Below are positions 54,823 to 60,754 of a stretch of 60,754 nucleotides of DNA, one piece after another. How positions within the stretch are numbered: position 1 is the first letter of the stretch; every line of letters starts with the position of its first letter. This DNA comes from Salisapilia sapeloensis CBS 127946. Its lineage: Eukaryota; Protista; Oomycota. A model generated the notes under the pieces. That model was not told where the DNA came from, ran no database searches, and saw only the letters and a program-made list of their open reading frames with translations. The stretch is taken from contig JAADVB010000098.1 in assembly GCA_023334545.1 (NCBI GenBank), positions 1 through 60,754 on the forward strand. The letters are read 5' to 3'. The position numbers and the translations under genes were made by a program.

Positions 54823-57093
54823 TTAGTGGGCTTTACTCAGCCCAGTCGCGATCATTGCGACCGCCGCAGCACAGAATGCTCCACCAATCGAAAGCACCGT
54901 GTTCGACGGGCCCTTGGGTTTTAAATTTGGCGTTTTTTTTTGGGCGTCGTCAACAACGTGCGAAGGGTGCGAATCGTTCTCTTTGTTTACAATCCCATCC
55001 TCTTCGCTCTTGGCTTCCGATCCTAGCCCCTCTGTTACCTCCTCCGTCGCTGCAGCCGCTTTCATTGCATTCGCCGCAGCATTCTGCACACCCTCTGTGT
55101 CTGTCGCCTGCTCTGTCGCTTCGACTAGCTCCTCTGCCGGTTTCTCAGGAGATGCCACGGCTTCCTCTGCCTCAGGAGATGTCTCCGCCTCCTCTATCTC
55201 GGGAGAGACCTCCTCTGCCTCGGGGGATGCTACTGCCTTCTCCGGCTCTACTGGAGCAGCAGTCTCTTCGTCCTTCTCTGTCACGTCCGTGTTCGACGAG
55301 TCACTCGCAGCAGACAAGGCTGCGGCGGCAATGTCCCCATCCTCCACCTTTTCTTCCTTCTTCCGGTACTCCTTGGACGCCAGCTCCCGCTGCTCTTCCA
55401 CGAGCGTATTAAACTTTTCCTTTTCGTCACTCACGTGGATACTGCGTTCCGTTGGGAAAAACGAGTCCGCCGTCCGGTATTTGGGCTGCTGCTCTTCCGT
55501 CGCGAGGTTCTCATGCTTGTTCTTCTCTTCACTCACTTTGATGGAGCGTTCCGTCGGGAAGAACGAGTCGCTCGTCTTGTACTTGAGTTTCTTGTCGTCC
55601 TCTAGATTCTTCGTGAACTGGTCTCGAACATCACTGACCTTGCGACTTTGTGCGCCTTCAAAGAACGTATCAGCCGTACGGTACTTGGGTTTATCCTCCT
55701 CCGCATGCTTCGTGAACTGGTCTCGGACGTCACTCACTTTGCGACTCTGTGTACCCTCGAAGAACGTATCCGCCGTACGGTACTTGGGTTTCTCCTCCTC
55801 CGGTTTTTTCGAGAACTGGTCCCGTACATCGCTGACCCTACGACTCTGCGCCCCTTCAAAGAAGGTGTCGGCTGTGCGGTACTTCGGCTTCTCCTCCTTC
55901 TTCTCTTCAAACTGCTTTGCCATCTCTCGAAGACGGCTGCTTGGCTGTTTCTTCATCGGGTTCGGAGACTTGTCCTTGTCTGCATCCTTATCAGGAGACA
56001 TACGCGCGTTAAACTTTTCACGTTCTGCGCTAACGCTGACCGATCGCTCAGTCGGGAAGAACGAGTCACTCGTGCGGTACTTGAGCTGTTTATCGTCATC
56101 CAAGTTCTTAGTGAATTTGTTCCGGACGTCACTGACGTTGACATTGTCTGCGCCTTGGAAGAACGTGTCGGCCGTACGGTACTTGAGTGGTGCCTCTCCT
56201 TTACCTTCCTCCTGGTCCTTGGTCAGTCGGTTGTACTTTTCACGCTCGGCCGAAACGCTCATGCTCCGCTGCGTCGGGAAAAACTCTCGACTAGTGCGAT
56301 ACTTGAGACCATCGAGATACTCCTGGCTGTTCGTGTCAACAGAAGCTAGTTTCTCGTGCTTGTTCTTTTCTTCACTGACGCGAATGCTCTTTTCTTTCGG
56401 GAAGAAAGAGTCCGTCGTACGGTACTTGGGGCGGTCTTCCGGAGTCGATTGGAAGCGAGCACGCAAGTCACTTGGCTTGCTCGAATCTTCTACAGGGGAC
56501 GGCGGGTTGGACCCATCTTGGTCATTCGCCGGCTCCTTGACGGGTTCCGAAGGTTCCTCTGAGCTTGCTGATGCAGGGGACGTTGCTTCCGCACTCTCCG
56601 GTGCATTCTCAGATTCCTGTACTGATTCCGTCGGCTTGTCGTTGGAAGGGAGAGTGGTACTATCGTCCTGGACGGCATTCGTGCTAGATTCCGAAGCCTC
56701 CTTCGTGTCAATTGGAGCAGAGACTGGTGTCTCCTCGACGGCAGGTGCCTCCTCTACAGAAGACGGCGTGTTTGACCCATCTTGGTCATTCGCCGGTTCC
56801 TTGACCGGCTCTTTGACCGGTTCCGGCAATTCCTCTGTGCTTGCTGGCGCAGGGGACGCGGCGTCCTCACTGTCGTGTGCAAGTTCAGGTTCCTGTACCG
56901 GCTCGGTCGGCTTGTCGTTAAGAGGGAGAGTGGTACTGTCGTCCTGGACGGGCGCCGGGTTCGATTCCAACGGCTCTTTCGTGTCAATCGGAGAGGAGAC
57001 TGGCGTTTCCTCGACCGCAGGCGTCTCGACCTGTACGTCCTTTGTAGAAGTCGCCATGTCCGGAGCGCTTTGTGTCGTTTGAGGTTCCGCCAT
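54823..57093 (-). CDS. Acidic repetitive protein with nine KYRT-x-D-x-FF repeats and a hydrophobic C-terminal tail anchor
   Basis: 756-aa ORF with strong G/C-ending codon bias and internal repeats; it ends in VLSIGGAFCAAAVAMIATGLSKAH. Confidence 0.88.
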   Translation of the reverse strand: MAEPQTTQSAPDMATSTKDVQVETPAVEETPVSSPIDTKEPLESNPAPVQDDSTTLPLNDKPTEPVQEPELAHDSEDAASPAPASTEELPEPVKEPVKEPANDQDGSNTPSSVEEAPAVEETPVSAPIDTKEASESSTNAVQDDSTTLPSNDKPTESVQESENAPESAEATSPASASSEEPSEPVKEPANDQDGSNPPSPVEDSSKPSDLRARFQSTPEDRPKYRTTDSFFPKEKSIRVSEEKNKHEKLASVDTNSQEYLDGLKYRTSREFFPTQRSMSVSAEREKYNRLTKDQEEGKGEAPLKYRTADTFFQGADNVNVSDVRNKFTKNLDDDKQLKYRTSDSFFPTERSVSVSAEREKFNARMSPDKDADKDKSPNPMKKQPSSRLREMAKQFEEKKEEKPKYRTADTFFEGAQSRRVSDVRDQFSKKPEEEKPKYRTADTFFEGTQSRKVSDVRDQFTKHAEEDKPKYRTADTFFEGAQSRKVSDVRDQFTKNLEDDKKLKYKTSDSFFPTERSIKVSEEKNKHENLATEEQQPKYRTADSFFPTERSIHVSDEKEKFNTLVEEQRELASKEYRKKEEKVEDGDIAAAALSAASDSSNTDVTEKDEETAAPVEPEKAVASPEAEEVSPEIEEAETSPEAEEAVASPEKPAEELVEATEQATDTEGVQNAAANAMKAAAATEEVTEGLGSEAKSEEDGIVNKENDSHPSHVVDDAQKKTPNLKPKGPSNTVLSIGGAFCAAAVAMIATGLSKAH
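55400..56430 (-). repeat. Nine coding repeats of about 33 aa (two subtypes), including three near-identical 99-nt units
   Basis: The GTACTT motif recurs at 55681, 55780 and 55879 (99-nt period). Subtypes are KYRTADTFFEGAQSRKVSDVRDQF and KYRTSDSFFPTERSxxVSxExxK(F/H/Y). Confidence 0.9.
56487..57030 (-). repeat. Two-copy coding duplication of about 90 aa (92 and 88 aa), Pro/Glu/Ser-rich
   Basis: Shared blocks are offset by 276 nt (GGGAGAGTGGTACT at 56648 and 56924) and by 264 nt (ACCCATCTTGGTCATTCGCCGG at 56511 and 56775). Confidence 0.9.
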
Positions 57094-57431
57094 GCTTGTT
57101 AAAGATTCAGTCGGGAGAAGTGTGCTCTCTTGTGGTTAACGTGGCGTCTTGCGAACTGAGCTCCCCTCTTCCGCCGTGTCAAGACCCGCACATCCTCGGT
57201 CCAGTAAATGAGCACTCTTTGTATAAAAAGAACGAGGTTAAGAGTTGTTTTTATTATGAACCGCTCGATTGCGATGAAGCGATCCTTAGGAGTATTACTC
57301 ATTGGAAATCAGAGCGAATGGTATTGTCGTGTATGACTATGGCGCATTCTTTAAAAAAGAAAAAAGAATGAAGAAGCACAGGAGTAGACAATATCTCCCA
57401 TGGACGGTACATAGAGGAAGATAGAGACGAA

Positions 57432-58755
57432 TTAGTCGCAGTCCGGGACATCGACTTCCAGACTCGATGGGATGTAGTCGTTCACGAAGAGGCTTTCCCA
57501 TCGAAGGACGACGGAAGCTGCGACTTGGGCGAATTCACGCATGAGAATATCAGGAGATTTTTCCTGGATCGCATAACATCCTGCGGCTTGGACCAGACAC
57601 CCGCTCTGGAGTTGTCCAGCACTGGTTACTTGCTCCACGTCTTCGAAAACATGTCTAGCAAGGTCGTCGAATGAGACAAAAGAGAGGAGATTGTTAAGTC
57701 GTCACTGGCTTACCCATTGCACACGCTTTCGCGCGCCATTGTTGACGACCGACTGAACGCGATGGATCGGGCGGCACTGAACCAACGCGAGTTTGTGGCA
57801 TCCGACTCATCCTTGGCGATGAACTGAAGGTTCAAGGCTTCACTCGGTTGCTTTCCCGGCGTATTTGTTACGGTGCGCACGATTTCTGTGAACGCATCCA
57901 CGACACGCACAGTCTAGTTGAAAGCATGAGAAATGTAATCGACAACTTGATCGAACTGGACTCACCTTCTTTTCTTGGACTTCTGGAAATGCATCCATAT
58001 ACTTTTGCTTGTCGATACTGTGCGTTCGCATTGCTAGGTCATAAGCTCGAATGTGCGGGAAAAACTTTTTTGCTTTTGCAAAGTAAAGAGCACCGGACGT
58101 CCACATCTCAAACGTCCATCCGAAAGTCTGACGGGTCACCGCCGGTTGGATAGTGGTAGAGACGATCATATGAAGCCTCATCGTAGCGATGCGAATGATG
58201 TTTCGGATACTGCGCGTGCGTTCGTCATCCCATACCATGACATTCGCCACCTCATCGGCAGTGTACTCATCTGGTATGACGGCTGTCGAACAAGTTGGCC
58301 AAGTGGTCAACGCACTTTGCTCACTACAGTCCGTTGACGCCATCCTATGCGAATCCGACGCATTCGTGGAACTTGGTAAGGTTTCCAATGAGACCTGCGG
58401 GTCTACTTGACTCTGCAGTTGCAGTTGAGCAATTTGCTTTGAGAGATAGATGATGCGACTTTCTCGCGCCTGAAGCTCCTTTTCGTACGACACAACGGCA
58501 TTGTCCAGCAAACCGTCAAAAGCTTGGACCTTGGACTTTAGATTCTCCATCGCCACCTACCCGCAATATGACATAAATCAGTCATTTGGATAGAAGATAG
58601 TAACGTACTTTCCGGCGATGACGGCTGCGACGGGAGGCTACGCGCACTTGTTCCTGTCGGCGGAGCTTCTTTTGTCGGTTCACTTCTTCCAAACTCAAAT
58701 CCTCATTCTTCACCCTCTTTTTGGTGGTACTGGTGGAGGTCTCTTCACTCGGCAT
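57432..58755 (-). CDS. Oomycete-type bZIP transcription factor (Val at the conserved Asn position) with a C-terminal START-like domain; four exons (58755 or 58917-58609, 58556-57966, 57913-57714, 57654-57432)
   Basis: Basic region RRQEQVRVASRRSRHRRK is joined by an intron to a leucine-zipper-like segment, then FGWTFEMW... Three GT-AG introns (52, 52, 59 nt) keep the frame. The start codon is uncertain. Confidence 0.78.
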
Positions 58756-59264
58756 GTCTGGAATTGGCGTAGGCACGTTGGCTTGTTGTGTCTTGGCAAT
58801 CGATTGCTTGCAAGCAACTACGTATCTCCCAATGCGAGACAGCCTCGCGTCATCAGGAAAAGAGCGGTTAGATGCGCTCGCTCCGTTCGCGCTTTGCTTT
58901 TTGTAAGATCTCCACATGACTTGGACAGGGCAATAATGAAAATGGCCTGTTGGATTGTGGATGGCCCATGAACCTGGCTTTCATCGCACGGTCTAGATAC
59001 ATGACACCAGATTATCAAGCTGACGGAGCTTCTCGAAAGATAGAAGGCATTACATCTACTACAAGAATACGATACACAATTACAATAAAGATGGATAAGA
59101 ACTCAGATGCACTTTATTTCTACAGCCTATGTTTGAGTGGTTATCGATATTTTCTTTCGTTCTCTGATGGTCCTTGAAACAGAATAAAGGCTTTATACGA
59201 TATAAAGACTACCGTGTGCAAACCGTAAATCTACTTGTCTGGATTGACGTCCACAGGTTACCTA

Positions 59265-59947
59265 TTGCCACGACTTCAAAATCGTTCGAGTACGTGCAGG
59301 TCCTTGATGGTGCCATCATTTCTTATAGACCCGTCTAAAGAATATTCAATGACTTAAAACCAGGGTTGCAGCAGCTGACGATTTGGATAAAACAGTATTT
59401 GCAGTCATTACGCTGTTTGTTATGGAAGCAGTACCATCCAAAGTATACTTTGAATATGAGATTTTACCCTGGACAACTTCATCGATCTGTATGTGTACTA
59501 TTTCGTCTAGAGTCAACCGCAATTATTGACGATTAAAATCGTCTAGAAGTGTTGGGCTCACGTCAAAAATCTCCCAGTCCGTATGATCAGGTCAAGTTCT
59601 AGACTTTGACCGCCTTCATTGAAATAGTAACACACACCACCCCTTTCTACCTTCTTACTTACCTAATAATTTATTCAGACTCGAATTTCCATAGCTGGCC
59701 GCACTCATTTTCATAAGACGGTACGAAATTTTTATGAGCATACGCATCAAGTGGCTCATAAGGAATCATACGGAACACAAGTGCCAAAGACAGGATAACT
59801 GATACGGATACTCGCTAGGTGTACAAGAATGCTCGCTGTTCCTTGCTCTTGTTCCAATCTTGCAACACGTTTCTAAATACTTGTAGTGGGAACTCAGAAC
59901 GCATTTCATTTAATTGCTGCAGTTGCTCTAGACACGTTTTTTTCGTC
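59265..59947 (-). pseudogene. Decayed protein-coding relic of unknown family
   Basis: Long protein-like runs (CLEQLQQLNEMRSEFPLQVFRNVLQDW...; RMIPYEPLDAYAHKNF...; LRLTLDEIVHIQIDEVVQGK...YPNRQLLQPWF*) separated by single in-frame stops. Confidence 0.3.
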
Positions 59948-60754
59948 CTAGATTAAAGTAAACATCAAGACGAAGTTATATCTCTACTGCAATATCCGTA
60001 TAGCAAGACTCGAGGTAAATACGCCCATAAGGTTAGCAGATGTCAATAAAAACCGGAATCAAAATGCAGCCCTAAACTATTCCTGAACTCTTATTCATCA
60101 GGTATCTTTGGGATATGCTTGGGGAAAATCTTTGAATCGGAAGCTAATGATGGACATAAGCGATCCCATGAATGTGACTATGCTGTATAGTCACTGCCTG
60201 GCAATATTCCAAGTTTGTTTAAATCAACACTCGTATCTAAATCGAATCGATTTAGTTTCTGTCGGTATAGTGTGAAAGTGGGAGCATTAAGGCTTAAATG
60301 CCTAAATAGCAGAGTACCTTAATTACTGTTTAAATGGTAGGTATTAATAGTCGTCAGGTATCTGAGTGCTTACCTCTATACATTCTTACCCGAGTTACTA
60401 CTTTGCAAAGCGTTCTATGTCGCAACGCTTTGGGATGCATGAAAACCTAGATGTATAATGAAAAATCCTACTTAAAAATATGTTGATGAAAGTTCACGAA
60501 CAGTAAATTCTCTATAGAACTCCATCGACGTCGTAATGCGTACAGCCTACCTTCATTCGTTCCTCAGCGCATCACCAATCCATTTGCTATATCTTGCAAC
60601 TACGAACGTAGCGAGCGTATATAACACGTCGTTTGCACGCTGATACGACGAACATTCTTTCGCGCAGCCTTGGTAGCTTCCGATTGACCTGATCGTCGAT
60701 ACGACAATTGCCATCGAAACGTCGCGACTCCACAAGATCGAAATCGTTCATGGA

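Noticed and set aside
54899-57082. 727-aa antisense ORF opposite the repeat protein (also 55648-56349)
   Set aside because: Compositional shadow. In this register a stop needs a sense Tyr after a pyrimidine-ending codon, or His/Gln after a T-ending codon. The sense gene has Tyr almost only after Lys and few T-ending codons. The product is Ser-rich and has no recognisable motifs.
58756-58995. Longer bZIP start at 58917, and a protein-like frame (FMGHPQSNRPFSLLPCPSHVEILQK...) overlapping it
   Set aside because: I cannot decide between an N-terminal extension, UTR or the end of a decayed upstream gene; left unannotated.
60590-60754. Open frames at the right edge on both strands
   Set aside because: Too short and truncated by the window; the strand cannot be determined.

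Overview
This is eukaryotic, intron-containing DNA, almost certainly from an oomycete (stramenopile). Evidence: short 50-110 nt GT-AG introns, oomycete Inr/FPR core promoters, a Val-type bZIP, a SHAQKYF-class Myb, a CBEL-like PAN/Apple protein, a membrane-anchored GH5 and tandem SWEETs. I could reconstruct about 24 protein-coding genes by hand, and every spliced model sums to a whole number of codons. They include an aconitase-family LeuC/LeuD-type fusion, a divergent four-domain cation channel, PCNA, an Avt3/4-like amino acid transporter, CDC40/PRP17, L-aspartate oxidase (nadB), a subtilisin, TatD, an ABC-F protein and several uncharacterised proteins. Several intergenic gaps hold decayed ORF relics. 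I saw no rRNA, tRNA, CRISPR array or intact transposon. The best leads, all hypotheses, are: (1) a stand-alone subtilisin-propeptide (I9-like) gene that aligns with the prodomain of the subtilisin about 10.5 kb away; (2) a codon-biased 20-aa uORF in frame with nadB, a candidate NAD-pathway translational sensor; (3) a tail-anchored protein with nine KYRT..FF repeats of possible WH2/thymosin-like actin-binding character; (4) an 85-aa NZF plus AIM-like microprotein; (5) a membrane-anchored tandem dynein-light-chain protein; (6) a secreted seven-blade CWG propeller resembling the CRINKLY4 ectodomain. All family assignments come from motif recognition; no database searches were run.
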